Assembly: GCF_036321535.1 (NCBI RefSeq) | Contig: NC_087436.1 | Location: 67,706,001 to 67,770,000 of the forward strand | Length of the DNA: 64,000 nt | Reading direction: 5' to 3' | From: Camelus dromedarius | Lineage: Eukaryota | The notes under the pieces: generated by a model | The model's input: the letters and a program-made list of their open reading frames with translations, nothing else | The model's database searches: none | What the model was told of the DNA's origin: nothing | Position numbers and translations under genes: made by a program | Shown: positions 51,151 through 64,000 of the stretch, piece by piece | How positions within the stretch are numbered: position 1 is the first letter of the stretch | Layout of the letters: each line of letters starts with the position of its first letter

Positions 51151-51629
51151 AGGTTTTTATATTTTCCAAATAATATACATACAGGTAACACAAGTTAAAA
51201 TTTTAGAAGAGAAAGAAACTAAATATAAAAATGGACAGAATTAACTGAACTAGTGTCTTACTGCTAAAAGCTGATGGTCTTAACTTTTAGATATTTGGTG
51301 CCTAAGAATTTCTTAAGGCTTATCACTATAGAATATTATTCTATGTATAAATAACATGCATAGTATATTGACTTTAAGTGAATGGTTGCCTCATCTACTC
51401 AGATATATGTAAATATCTTAGAGTTGGGGAAAAGGTAAGATAGTGGCCTTACTGAATTAGCAAAAGATACCCTAAAATTATTTTTTTAAAAAAACAATAT
51501 AGTATTAGCATCATTTCTCTGAGAGAAACCCTGGATTTTAGCATCTTTTTGAATAGACTTAGACATAGTCATATAGCACAGTTATAAACATAAATTTGGA
51601 TTAACTTCTCAGTAACAATCCCTAAGAAG

Positions 51630-51850
51630 GGACTTGTCAAGGTTCAGGATCTAGAGTGAGACTACCTGAGGTTATAGCTAATTAAAATTATTTGCATACA
51701 TTTCCTAATCTGTGCAGGCTTCACTTCCATCATATAGAGAGTGAGTATGATAATAAAACCAAACTCATCAGGTTGGATGTGGATTAAAAAATAATTTACT
51801 GCTGTAACTGGCATGCAGCTGCAGCCCCTTAAAGACTGGTTTTTATTATG
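51630..51850 (+). mobile_element. MIR SINE
   Basis: 'tctagagtgagactacctgagg...ttccatcatatagagagtgagtatgataataaaaccaaactcatcaggttggatgtggattaaa'. Confidence 0.7.
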
Positions 51851-52679
51851 ATAGTGCCAATTTAGAGATGGATACTGAGATTAAATGACCAAATAGAAAA
51901 TGTATACCTGGGTTCCTCTCAGTGGGCTTTAAGATTAGAAAGTCAATGTGGAGTAATTGAACAGGACTAGATGGTAGTTAATAAATTTTCACTTATTCAG
52001 TTTGTCAGTAACTCAAAGTTGGAGAAGTGCCTTGGAATAAAGATATAATGAAATGCATACTTTAGAATATCGAGCCATGTCAAATTATACTTAACATGTG
52101 TAGTTAAAATTTATTGTGCTATGACATTTTTGTTAGTACATTTAACCAATCTCCTATAATGATGTTATGATGCAAAATGTTATCATAGACAGAATATTTT
52201 ATAGGCAGTATTTGGATTCAATAAAGAATAATTCTTTTATTTCTAGTGTCATTCAGTATGAAAAGGCTTATTCATAACAAATCACTGATAGATTTAAATG
52301 TAACAGCAGTCTTAAGTGTCACTCACCGCATACTTACAGAATGCCTTCCAGAGCAAGAGGATGCAAAACATGTCTGAGTTCCTCTTCCATATTATTGTAT
52401 GGAAATTTATCAACTATGTTTTATAGGTGGGGGGAAGGATAGAGGTGGGATAAGGTAGAATGGATGAATAAATCCAATAGGGATACATTTAAGCTGTGTT
52501 TTAAGTTTGTTGCCCTAAGACCAAAGTGTTTAGGAAGCTGCATGTAATGTAACACTATTACTGAAAATCATAGATTCATGTAAAATGCCCATTTTCTCTT
52601 CTTCACTAAGCATGAGTTTGATGTCTTTTGATACTAATTGCCCCATCATTAATTTTTCCTAATTTTCATTACTAAACTT

Positions 52680-52860
52680 CTCATTAGAATGGAAGCTTCT
52701 TAGAGGAATCCAGGTCTGTTTTTTTGTTTGTTTTTTATTGAAATATAGTTGACCTACAATATTATGGTAGCTTAGATCTGTTTTATTCAGTTAATCCTCA
52801 ACGTATAGCAAACAGCCTTGTCATATTATTTCTTATAAAATTTTTAATATTTTCAATGCA
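52680..52860 (+). mobile_element. L2 3' tail interrupted by a tiny L1 insertion
   Basis: 'cattagaatggaagcttcttagagg...tctgttttattcagttaatcctcaacgtatagcaaacagcc'. Confidence 0.6.
52723..52773 (-). mobile_element. Extremely truncated (~50 bp) L1 3' terminus
   Basis: Reverse complement 'ataatattgtaggtcaactatatttcaataaaaaacaaacaaa'; TSD aggtctgtttt (52712-52722) / agatctgtttt (52774-52784). Confidence 0.8.
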
Positions 52861-53469
52861 ACAACAGAATCAGAAGTGTTAGAAAAGAGAAGAAAAAAAA
52901 CAGAAAAGAAACTTAGGGATCATCTAGCCTAGCCATCTCAGTTTATTAAAAGAAAAAAAAAAACCTGAGGTCAAGAGAGGACAGATAGAATGCTGATAAT
53001 AAAACAAGCCTATGGTAAATATTGATCATGAGAGTACTGATAATTTTAGAGTTTTTTTTTAAAGTATAAATTAGTCCAATGACTATTTTCTCTTTCTTCT
53101 TTTTAGTAATAGAACATTGCACAATATTTCAAGGCACTTTCCCCTTTGATGATAGTCATCTCTATAATGAAAATGAGTTGTTGATAAAATGAATGAGTAC
53201 AAGATACAGAGCCACTTTTCTTACCAGCATGTGTGATACTCCTGAAATATGCAATGGAAAACACTTCAAATTAACTCAATATATACTGATTGCATTTTCA
53301 CAAATTCTAGTTTCAGCCTGAAAAGTAAAGTTCAGAAAATGTCATGTCCAAAATCCAAAGTTTTTAAATGACTGTAGAGAACTCAATCTCAGGGCTCTGG
53401 TTCAAGTGTAAAATTTCCTACTAAATAACTGGATAATTATATGTTAAATTAGCATGGTTCCAGAATAAG

Positions 53470-53895
53470 ACATAAGCATAGCAAACACTACTGATTACCA
53501 TTTAGTTTCTATTCTATTTCTCCCTTTCAAAAATTCTACTTAGTGACTAGATTTCACAATGCCTTTTGCAGTTTGGTAAGGTCGTATGAACTGTGTCCAC
53601 ACTAATGGGATATCAACAGAAGTGGTATATGCAACTTTTGACATACTACTGCACTGCATGCTGATTCCCCCAGACAAAAGTTTAGAACACAGACCTAGCA
53701 GTACTTTATCTTGGACCAAGCAGACCAGGACAGCCCTGGGAATGGCAGATCTTGGTTCCTGAATAACCTCCTAGAATTCAGCCAACATAGCCTGAGATGT
53801 ATATGAAAGACAAGCAAGCATCTACCTTACTTCAGCCATTGAATATCCCTATCTCTTTGTTACTATATACATAACCATATTGCTAACTAATATAG
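53470..53895 (+). mobile_element. Old MLT1-type MaLR LTR
   Basis: 'ctagatttcacaatgccttttgcagtttggtaaggtcgtatgaactg...aatgggatatcaacagaagtggtatatgcaactt...ctaactaatata'. Confidence 0.65.
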
Positions 53896-54339
53896 TAATA
53901 AAGAAATTGAGAGAGAGAGGGAATGTTACTCTAACTCAAAACAATAGATCAAAACTCAGACCCTGGAAGCCAAGAGAAGTAGGTGGCAAATAGAAGACCA
54001 GACATTTTATAGGAAAATTAATTGAAAACGTCTATGATAAATAGAAACTAGGAGACACACATTGCTTATGGACACAAATAATCCATCTTGCATATGGTTA
54101 AGAATAGGAAATAGAGAGCTTTAGAAGGTCTACTTCTTTACAAGTCAGCTCAGAGAAATTAGTGTGGAAATAAGGTAAAACATTATAATAAAGAATGTCT
54201 TTTTAGATCAACAGGGAGATAAGCAAATAGATGGGAAGCAGCAGGGCTAAATGAACAAAGTACAGTGAGCAGAACTGATGTACATCTAAATAGGAAAGAA
54301 TTCTTTACAAATCTACTCATTCAGAGACTCACTCATTCA

Positions 54340-54520
54340 AAGAGAAAAGGCCTGATTAAGTAGTAGGGCCTCAGTTTATATTATCTTGACTGAATTAAGT
54401 AATATTTCAGAACCTCAGCTTTATTATCTGGAAAAGAGTGGTTTTAAGAATTTGATAAAATCATGATGGGAAGTAAATGGCACATAAAAGTCTGTGATTA
54501 TTCTTGTTGATATCGTTGTT
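54340..54520 (+). mobile_element. MIR fragment
   Basis: 'tgaattaagtaatatttcagaacctcagctttattatctggaaaagag'. Confidence 0.55.
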
Positions 54521-54569
54521 AGAGAAAATAAGGCAACTAAGTCTCTGCAGAATCTGACATTATCAAAGT

Positions 54570-55200
54570 GAAATATGATAATTTATCTATGCTTTGAAAA
54601 ATAAATAGGCATCTTTCAGGCAGAGAGCAAGATAGGGTTTTTTAAGTAGTATATACTAAGAGGCGAAGAAACATGTACGAACACCGTATGTAAAGGAAAT
54701 TAATAGAGATTTACCAAGCTTGCAACATAAGTCACAAAATAGAAGATAACTGAACAGGTAGATAGGGAAAAGTTCAGAAGGATTGTTAGTTTCAAGTTAG
54801 AGATGTTACACTTAAACCTATATGTTAAAAAAGCATATTTTAAATGAAAGCGTAATATGAAAGATATGTTTTATTCAAAGAAATTCAAACTTTTCTATGG
54901 AAGACAGAGAGTAAAAAGAGAGGCCAGCTATAGGAAACTTAGAAGGCTGTTGAAGTGACCAGGTAAGAAAAAATTGATGCCTCAGTTAAGTCAGGGGAAG
55001 CAGGTATACATAAAATAACGGTTGATTTGAAGAACTAATCCTGAAATAGGATCAATATCACTTTGTAAACAACTAGAAGTGGGAACCTATGTTTGTAGCT
55101 GGAGAAATTAATGATTCTAGTAACTAAAATTTCAAAAACTGGGGAAGGAATAGGTTTGTAGAAGAGAAATGAGTTATCTAATGATGCATTGGGTATATAA
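54570..55200 (-). mobile_element. L2 fragment
   Basis: 'ttagaaggctgttgaagtgaccaggtaagaaaaattgatgcctcagttaag'. Confidence 0.6.
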
Positions 55201-55466
55201 GATAAAATGCTTCATTTCTGAGTAACATAGTTTCTCTTGTATTTTTGTTGTAAAGGTTACCTTGTCAATCTGCATACCTCTTGATAAGGAGTTTGTATAT
55301 GAAACACCTTCTCACTCCCAAGAAAGCAGTTGAATTTCAGTGGGAAGGAGCTCACTGTATGAAAAAGAGTGACTCTGGCAGTGTGCTAGGTGCTTGGGAT
55401 AGAACTAGGAACACTGAATAAGGTCCTGCATTCACGAGGCTGTTTTTAGTAGGGAAACAGATACAT

Positions 55467-55942
55467 TGCGATGGTTAATTTTACATGTCAACTTAACTAG
55501 ATAAATGGGTGTCCAGATTAACTGTTATTTTGGGGTATGTCTGAGAGGGTGTTTCTGGGTGAGGTTAGCATTTAAATGAGTGGACTCAGTAAAATAGATT
55601 ACCCTTTCCACTGTGTGTGGACATCATCCAATCCTGGAGGGCCTGAATGGAACAAAAAGCTGCATGAAAGACGAATTCACCATTTGTTGTTGTCTTCCTG
55701 CCTGTTTGAGCTAGGATATCCATCTTCTCTTGCCCTTGGACTGAGATTTACACCATCAGCCCCACTGGTTTTTAGGCCTTTGGAACTGGATTGGAATTAT
55801 ACCACTGGCTTCTCTGGGTTTCTGTCTTGCAGATGACAGATCATGGGACTTCTTGAACTTCATAAATGGATTAGCCAATTCCTCATACTAAATATCTTCG
55901 TATCTATTAGTTCTATTTCTCTGGAGAACCATGACTAACACA
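55467..55942 (+). mobile_element. MLT2-type ERVL solo LTR, full length
   Basis: 'tgcgatggttaattttacatgtcaactt' through 'ttctatttctctggagaaccatgactaacaca'; sits within an L2-like fragment. Confidence 0.92.
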
Positions 55943-56639
55943 CACACTAAGAGGAATTTGTCTATAAGGTACTATCAGGATCAATGGTGAGGAACACAGA
56001 AAGGTGAAGTCCAACTCCAGGGGCTGCCCTCACACAGTAAATGGGCTCACAAAGCTATTTTGTTCAGTCAGATTCCCCGTCAAAGGGATACCACTTTCTC
56101 TACAACATCCGTTGCTTCAAATGATTTCAGTTATATATATATAAAAAATATATATTTTACTTGGGAGAATTAAAATTCAAGAAATGAAAAGTTACAAATT
56201 GATAGTCTGAAGTTCAAATGTCAGATTTTTCACTAGAATAATACAAGATCAGGAAGTTGTTGACATCAGTATGAAAAAAAAAAAATGTGTCCACAAGTAT
56301 CAATCTGCCCCTTCTTATGAATGTCATCTATAACAGAAACAGAGTAAGCACACTCCAGGAGAAGCAACTAGGACTCACAAAGAAAAGAAGCAAAAAGCCA
56401 CTCAACCAAATGAGAACAAACTGGTGGCAAAGCAGCCAGAGGATAAAGGAAAAAAAAACATTCTGGTCAATATGGACTAAGACTTTTTATCTAAGACTAA
56501 GACTAAGACTAAGACTTTTTATCTTGAATCTACAGGGGCCTCATTCTGACCGTTTCTGCACCAACTCGGGCTAATACCAAACTGATAGCTCATATTAAAT
56601 CCCAAGCTAACCATGCCTTAATCAAATGGGAACTATGAA

Positions 56640-57300
56640 ATAAAGAAGTAAAAGCAAAAAACATTACTCAACTTACAAATTAACAAAAATGGCTATCTAT
56701 AGGGGAAGGGAAAGAACAGGGGTGAAGAAGCAATAATTGAGGGGTGTCTCCTCAGAATGTATCTTGTTACATAGCTTTGGTTTAGAAAATAAAATTATTT
56801 TACATGTTCACAAAGGAAATTTAGTCTTAAAGAAGCAAGTCCTTCCACCAAATTAAAAGGAAACAAAGAAACCCAACCATATATCTAGGCAGTGACATAG
56901 CCGCATAGAGAAATACATTATTTGAAGTGACTTTAAATAAATTAGAAGTGCAAGGAAATAGTAAATATCGTTTAGTAGTCTAAGTGTTAGAGTATGATTA
57001 GCATTACTATTTTAAACTAATTTATTATGTAGAATAATCCAAATAAGTAATTGTTAATGCTGTCATGAATCAAAATTTTCAGTAAAAAGAAACAAGATGA
57101 AGACCAAATAAATGTACTTTAATTCTTGAAATATTAAATTTGATTTAGAAGTACTATTATAAACTTACAATTTTCGTTTCAAAAATATGTATTTCTATAT
57201 AAAGAAAGGTCTGGATCTTAAAAAATCCATGTCATAAATGACAAGAAAGAGTAAGGAACTGATCCAGATGAAGTAAGAATTAAGAGAAATAACAAAAGCA
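56640..57300 (+). mobile_element. L1MC4/5-like 3' UTR fragment
   Basis: 'aaatggctatctataggggaaggg', 'cagtgacatagccgcatagagaaa...aagtgactttaaa'. Confidence 0.6.
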
Positions 57301-60300
57301 TTCACTAAAATCTAGAGTATCTACTTCAAATCCAATATTCAGATTTGCTTAAGTAACTTTAAATTGTAATGCTAAAAATGGAAAAATAGCAACAAAATAA
57401 ATTTTTATAATATAAATCAATAAAATATTATTGAAATCGTGAATTTAACATACACTTTGAAGTCAAATTAGATGTATGCAAAAATAAAGCATTCTATGAC
57501 TATCTTAAAAGTTAATTCTTTTAAAATTCCCAAATAAAGTTTATTCAACATTTTCAGGAGATTTGAATGAGCCAGAACTATTTCACAAAAAGGGATGGAA
57601 TGGAGTTAATTACTTAAGACTTACTTTCAATTGCTTTTTAGATTTCTAGTTTGTTATTGCTTTAAGAAATAAATTACATTAATTTTTTTTTTTACTTAAT
57701 CTTTTCCTGAAAGATGGGCTTTGAGAAACCTACCTATTCATATGGTGTCATTTTGTATGTTGTTGTAATATATAGATAATAAACATACTATTAGATTTAT
57801 TTATCTTTAGAAAGAACCCTTGGATTTTACTCCTAAAACATTCTTTTCTTTATGACTTAAAAAATGTTAAGGTCATAGGCACAAAAGCTGAATGGTTAAA
57901 GAAATGAAGTATTTCTATTAATGTGCTGCTTATACAATAACTGAACATCTCAGAAATACAGAGTGATGTTTAAACTCAGCAGGAGGATTGTGAGTATCAG
58001 AGTTCCACGCCGAGTCAAGCATTCTTGACAGGTTTTTATTTATTTTTAATATACTAGCAAAAAACATTTAACAGATCTCAGGGTGATTTTCAGTATGTCT
58101 CTCACACAGTCTTGGTACTTCATGTGAACTGCAAGCATCTGTGAAGCAATCATTTTGCCTTCTCTTTTTTCCTGGTATACTTTGTCTAAAATGACTTGAC
58201 ACAACATAAATTTACTTTATTTCACCTCTAAATATAAAAAGAAAGCCTTTGTTTTATGAAATAGCTTCTCTTCTTCCATATGTCTTTCCAAATGGAGACA
58301 AATAATGCATACTAGAGTTGGTGTTCATCTCACCTTACTCTAGACTTTTAGTCAGGTAAATATAAAAATCTGCATATGATAATTACTATACATCTATAAA
58401 GGTTAATTTGGACATAATTTTTCAATGTATCATCTGCTAGATTTGGGAAACAATGATTAATTTGGCTTTGTCTCATGCTCTCTCTCTAAAATCCTTTTAC
58501 CAAACCTTTTCCAAGTTCTGCCTCACAGAAATCAGGCAATTTCAAATTATACCAACCTACTTAATACATCTATTTAAAACTAATCCATTTTATATGACGA
58601 ATGAGGCTTACTCTTAATATTGTTGGAGATTTGGTTTTGTTTGTGTATGATTTGGGGTATATCTATTTTTGTCTCCCTCTGTCATTTCCATGAATATACT
58701 ATATTGCAATGCTACCCACCCATTTTTCTTATTTTATAGAAAGGGCTTATAAAACCTCCCTGAGGATTTAAATTAACTAAAACGATATTACATTATTTTT
58801 AACTTTATTTTTATAGCTATATTTATATTATTACTATGAAAATTTTATGAGGTACACTGCTATGTTTTCAGTCTAAAGCAGTAGTGGCTCTTTATGGTTA
58901 AAATATTTTGAACAGTTTGTGTTTTATATTCCTAATCACTAATAAATTATTAATGAATTTTAGTCTTTTTGATAAGCTTTTCTAAAAATCCTAATTGCAC
59001 ATTCCAGAATTTCCCCTTAAGTATACTTACTTTTTTAAATGTTAATTTTTATGTTGAGGTTTTGAGAAACATGTTTCTATCTGACATTTTTTTATGAAAA
59101 AATACTGAGATAATAAATAATCTATGGTCTTTCAAATAAATAATAATGGTCTTTCTTGTGTAGTTTTTTTTAAATAATTTTAATGAGATAATTTAAAAAA
59201 ATAAAATTGAGTGTTAAAACACCAAGTTTTTAGACAGTGTCAAAAATGGATTTTGATATAAAAGTCAATTTCTCAGGGTTTCAGTTTCCACAAATAAAAA
59301 ATGAGAGTAACTAAATATTTTCTAAGTTTTTTGGAGTGTTAAAATTCTAGAAAACTATCATTTTGTTGATCTGAACTCTCTATTTTATGCTCAGTGAATA
59401 TTATAAAACTGGTTATCAAATTAAATATTATAAGAATTCTATATTACTTATTACCTACTTTTAAGGCTTTTGCTGTGGTTATTCTACAAAGGACTGAAAA
59501 CAAAATGCTTCTGTTTTTTGACTCAGGTATCAAAGTGTTGGGGTTTTTTTGTTATTTTTTTAATGGAAAATTGGGTATTACTGTGCCTTTTCTCTTCTTG
59601 TTTGAAACTGATGTTGGAGAATACGGTTGAGACAGGTCTGTATGTTCTTAAATTCTGACTGTTAGGGAAATATTTAAAATATTAATAGCACTTAGATAAA
59701 AACAGACAAAATTTAAGTAATAGTTTGCTAACAATATGTTCTTTTTAGCATTAAAGCTACTTATGTTCAAACTTTATCTTCTCTAATAAAGTGTAAGTGT
59801 CTGATTCATGTCTTTGGGTTGCACAGCAGTTGTGGCAGTCATTAAATGCATGCTTAATAAATGAAGTAATTAATTTGGAATTGCTTTCATCTTTTGCAGG
59901 GTACTTTTTTCTAAAAAGAAAGAAAAAACCTCTCTCGAGTATCTTCAAACTCTCACTCTCTCTCTTTGCCATGAATTCAATTATTTCTGAACTGGGAAAA
60001 CAAAACCAAACAGGGAGGTTTTTGAGATATCCTCCCTCTCAATACTGCTCTCTGTTCTGGCTCCTTCTGGCTCCTCTTTATCCAGCACTAACCCTGGTCT
60101 CACCAAGGCTCAGGACTTGAAAAGAAAGCAAGCCATGGTCCAAGAGTCCTAACTGCAGTGTTCTCCACCACATCCATCCTAAAAGAGACTACCCAGACAG
60201 CTGCATCACTCCTCTCTATTATACCTCTCTCTCTCAAGGACTTAGACTGCAAAGTTAGTTCTATCATCCTGTTTGGAAGGGGTAGTTAGAGACTGAGGAA

Positions 60301-60327
60301 ACTAATGCTCTCCATTAGAGCTCTAGC

Positions 60328-60410
60328 TCAGTGGTTCTCCACCCTGGTTTCACACTGTAATCACCTAGGGAACTTTAAACAAATACCACCCCTAAAGCCC
60401 TGCACACAGA
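60328..60410 (+). mobile_element. MER5A-like hAT-Charlie MITE half
   Basis: 'cagtggttctccaccctggtttcacactgtaatcacctagggaactttaaa'. Confidence 0.7.
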
Positions 60411-61478
60411 AAAACATGATAAAACTAATTTTGTAAGAGACATGAGTATCCTCACATGGTGACATTTTGACAATCCCTTTCTAGCAGTGGCTCAAAAGAA
60501 AAATGGCAAAATAATCTGAAGATAACAAAAAAGAGCCATATCTAAAACTCATTACCTGTCCTAGCCTCATTCTAGTAAAGAGGGGCATAGTTTTATCTTT
60601 TCTTAATGGCCATTTCAAAGGTTTTGCAATTGTTATCTAATCATGTTGAAGGTTACAATTTAAACAGCACTAACCCCCCGAACTATTACAACAAGAAGGT
60701 GGCTGCTTGAGGGATGCTACCCAGGGTTATACAAACACTGTATCACAAGCATGTTTTATCCAGTAAGAATCTGTTTTCACATCAGAAATTCCTTTTATCA
60801 AAAAGAACATACTATATTCTTCCCCATTATTACTTTATGATTAAGAAAGCAGAATGAAAGATATTGGAGAATACATTGTCCTGTGATTGGGGAAAAAAGA
60901 ACAATCCACTAGATACACAGAAATAGCCTTTCCCCTGTTGTATTTTCTGGTGCATGTTTTAAGAAAAGTACACACATACATAGTCCTCCCATTCCTATTT
61001 TTAGCATAAGATCTGTTCTTAAACTCAAGATTTTCCAACCATGGGAGCTTTCAAGATCATAGTCCCATATTGTTGAGTGGCTATTCTAATACATAATCCA
61101 AAGGGGAAGAAAAGTTTTTCAAAGTCATATTTAGCTGTGTTTCCAAATTTACATGCCTTATTAGCCATGATCGCTAAGCTAAAAACTTTATTAAGTATGA
61201 TATACAAGTGTTTTATTAAAAAATAATAGAACCTGGTATTTTTCTGTGCAGCATCCAGTAGAGATTTTTTATAAAGAACTCTTATTGTCACTGTTTATTG
61301 TCTATAATCCTCTGTTTGCTTAAGTTAACCTATATACTCTATCACCATGGTTTTATTAGAAAAATTTCCTGTTCAAAAAGTTGGTACAAAATATTATATA
61401 TGAACCAATTTATCACTGAATTCTAATAAAATAATAGAGCTCAAATTTGCCTTCTAAGTGCATCAAGTCTGTGCATTA

Positions 61479-61505
61479 AGTCAGTCAGTCAGTCAGTCAG
61501 TCAGT
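61479..61505. repeat. (AGTC)n tetranucleotide repeat, probably at a reversed L2 tail
   Basis: Read directly; followed by 'taaatgttaattgag'. Confidence 0.9.
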
Positions 61506-62029
61506 AAATGTTAATTGAGAAATAGCCTCTGTATATGAGTAGGTTTCGGGCCAGAGAAACTAACATTGACAATACATTCAAGAAGACAAATTAAGTAGTG
61601 GAATTTCTACGTCTGTTATTTTGTAAACTGTTAAACTTAAGGACTAATTCATCAAACATTTAAAATTAGTAAATAATTCAACTCTACCTTATAGTACTAA
61701 AAGTTAAGTAAACAAAACCCATATTTTTCACAGCCTGCCATTAAACAATATTTAGTCACAACTACAAATCTGGTCATTAATATCCCTTTTGAGTCATGCG
61801 GAGAAATAAGAGAGCAACACAGGTAATGGTCAAAATCAGCTTTGGCATGAAAATCTTCCAAAATTGTTTTCTATGACTGAGAGTATACTGTGTAAACCAC
61901 ATATAACAAACTTTCAAAATGTCAAAACACACACACATAATCACGTATATCAAAAATATTCTTTGAAATACAAGAATGATCATATCCAAATTATGGGAGT
62001 GGATGAAACATTTCAATATGTCAGGTAAC

Positions 62030-63325
62030 TCACTCCCTCATGCCATACACAAAAATAAACTCAAAATGGCTTTGAAGACTTAAATGGTAAGACACTATAA
62101 ACCTCCTAGAAGAAAACATAGGCAAAACATTATCTGACATAAGTTTCAGCAATGTTCTCCTAAGGGCAGTCTACCCAGGCAATAGAAATAAAAGCAAAAT
62201 AAACAAATGGGACCTAATTAAGCTTATAAGCTTTTGCACAGCAAAGGAAATCAAAAGCAAAAAGACAACCTACGGAATGGGAGAAAATATTTGCAAAAGA
62301 TGAGACTGACAAGGGCTTAATTTCCAGAATATGTAAACAGCTCATACAACTGAATAACAAAAAAACAAAGAATCCAAAAATGGGCAGAAGACCTAAACAA
62401 GTAAATCTCCAGTGAAGACATACAAATGGTCAATGGACACATGAAAAAATGCTCAGTATCACTAATTATCAGAGATATGCAAATCAAAACTACAATGAGG
62501 TATCACCTCACACCAGTCAGAAGGGCCACCTTAAAAAGTCCACAAATGATAAATGCTAGAGAGGGTGTAGAGAAAAGGGAACCCTCCTACACTGTTGGTG
62601 GGAATGTAGTTTGGTGCAGCTGTTGTGGAAAACAGTACGGAGATTCCTCAAAAAGCTAAAAATAGACTTACCATATGATCCAGCAATCCCAGTCCTGGGC
62701 ATATATCCAGAGGGAATTTTAATTGAAAAATAAACATGCACCCCAGTGTTCACAGCAGCACTATTTACAATAGCCAAGGCATGGAAACAATCTAAATGTC
62801 CATTGACAGAGGACTGGATAAAGAAGGTGTGGTATATTTATACATTGGAATACAACTCAGCCATAAAAAACAAAGTAATGCCATTTATAACATGGATGGA
62901 CTTGGAGACTGTCATTCTGAGGTAAGCCAGAAAGAGAATGAAAAATACCATGTGATTATCACTTATATGTGGAATTAAAAAAAAAAAAAAAAAGAGAGAG
63001 AGAGGAGAGAAACAAACTTATTTACAAAACAGAAACAAACTCACAGACACAGATTACAAACTTATGGTTACCAGTGGGGAAGAGGGTGGAAAGGGGTAAA
63101 TTGAGGGTTCAAGATTTGCAGATCTAACTACTATATATAAAATAGATAAATAACAAGTTTATACTGTATAGCACAAGGAATTATATTCAGTATCTTGTAG
63201 TAACCTATAATGAAAAATAATATTTGTATGTACATGTATGACTGGAGCATTATGCTATACACCAGAAATTGACACAGCATTGTTAACTGACTATACTTCA
63301 ATTGAAAAAACAAAAAGAAAGAAAG
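62030..63325 (+). mobile_element. 5'-truncated lineage-specific L1 (ORF2 C-terminus, 3' UTR, A-tail)
   Basis: ORF 62426-62659 contains [28 protein letters not shown], a typical L1 ORF2p motif; frameshifted; 3' UTR homologous to 11935-12430. Confidence 0.96.
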
Positions 63326-63560
63326 AAATGATTCCTACAGTGCTACCTGATCAGTGTGGTAAAAGTCTCCTCACTTCCAATTATGGAAATAAAGAGTTGA
63401 AACCCTAAGCAAGAGAGATTTTATTTCTAGAAATCAGTGTTTTATAAATACATTTTGGCTAAGGACAAAGGACAGTCACTAGGTTATGCAGGGCTTTTAC
63501 ATTCAATTTCCTGTTCTAGTTTAATTCAAGGAGATGCCATTCAGAGAGTTGGCTTCAGAC

Positions 63561-63691
63561 CAAAGTGACCATCTAATTTATCACCAAAATCAGACAATTT
63601 TGAGAACAAAAGAGGAACTATTGATCATTAGGCTGGCAATACACAAAAACTAGAACTCTGCTGTGCCCCCTAGAACACATGGTCATGCATA
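63561..63691 (+). mobile_element. MER81-like hAT-Blackjack MITE
   Basis: Inverted ends 'gtgaccat' ... 'atggtcat'; about 130 bp. Confidence 0.6.
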
Positions 63692-64000
63692 CTGTAGACA
63701 TAACAGAAGCTCTAATCCTTATTGCATCACTTCATTAGCTATAAAAAATGTGGAAATTGTCTAATACAGCTCATACCCATTTTCTCCTTTATAAAAGATG
63801 AATTGAAGTGCCTAGAATTAAACAAAATATACATTCAAGGTGTCTGTCACATATTAATCATTCAAAAAATGATAGCTATTTTAGGAGATGATCTATTTTG
63901 GGAGGCACCTTTGATACGAACTCTGTCAGGCATAAGTTATTTCAAATTTTCTCATTGCCAAAATTTTCCGTCTATGTGCATCCCAGAATTTCTTCACTCC

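Noticed and set aside
62426..62659. ORF with clear protein homology
   Set aside because: Frameshifted fragment of L1 ORF2p in a 5'-truncated copy, not a host gene.

Overview
AT-rich, CpG-poor mammalian genomic DNA, not prokaryotic. Two tRNA-Ala-like SINEs with a shared AAACCTAATTACCTCC tail motif resemble the camelid vic-1-type SINE, and the young L1 3' UTRs are of cetartiodactyl type, so the source is most likely a camel, alpaca or llama (recognition from memory, not a database search). I find no credible protein-coding gene. The only ORF with recognisable homology is a decayed L1 ORF2 fragment at 62426-62659. Much of the window is transposon debris: L1, L2, MIR, ERV1/MaLR/ERVL solo LTRs, Tigger and hAT MITEs. 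There is also a short U2 snRNA retro-fragment. L1s and LTRs lie mostly on the + strand, suggesting the window is inside a long minus-strand transcription unit; a candidate minus-strand promoter/first exon lies at about 35.1-35.4 kb. The most interesting items are a TSD-flanked ~520 bp element joining an L1 5' end directly to an L1 3' tail, a twin-primed inverted L1, nested LTR and MITE insertions, a SINE with a Pol III read-through tail, and a duplicated near-palindromic ~105 bp block next to the candidate promoter. I could not find evidence for a new biological system. Repeat subfamily names are by-eye calls and the boundaries of old repeats are approximate.
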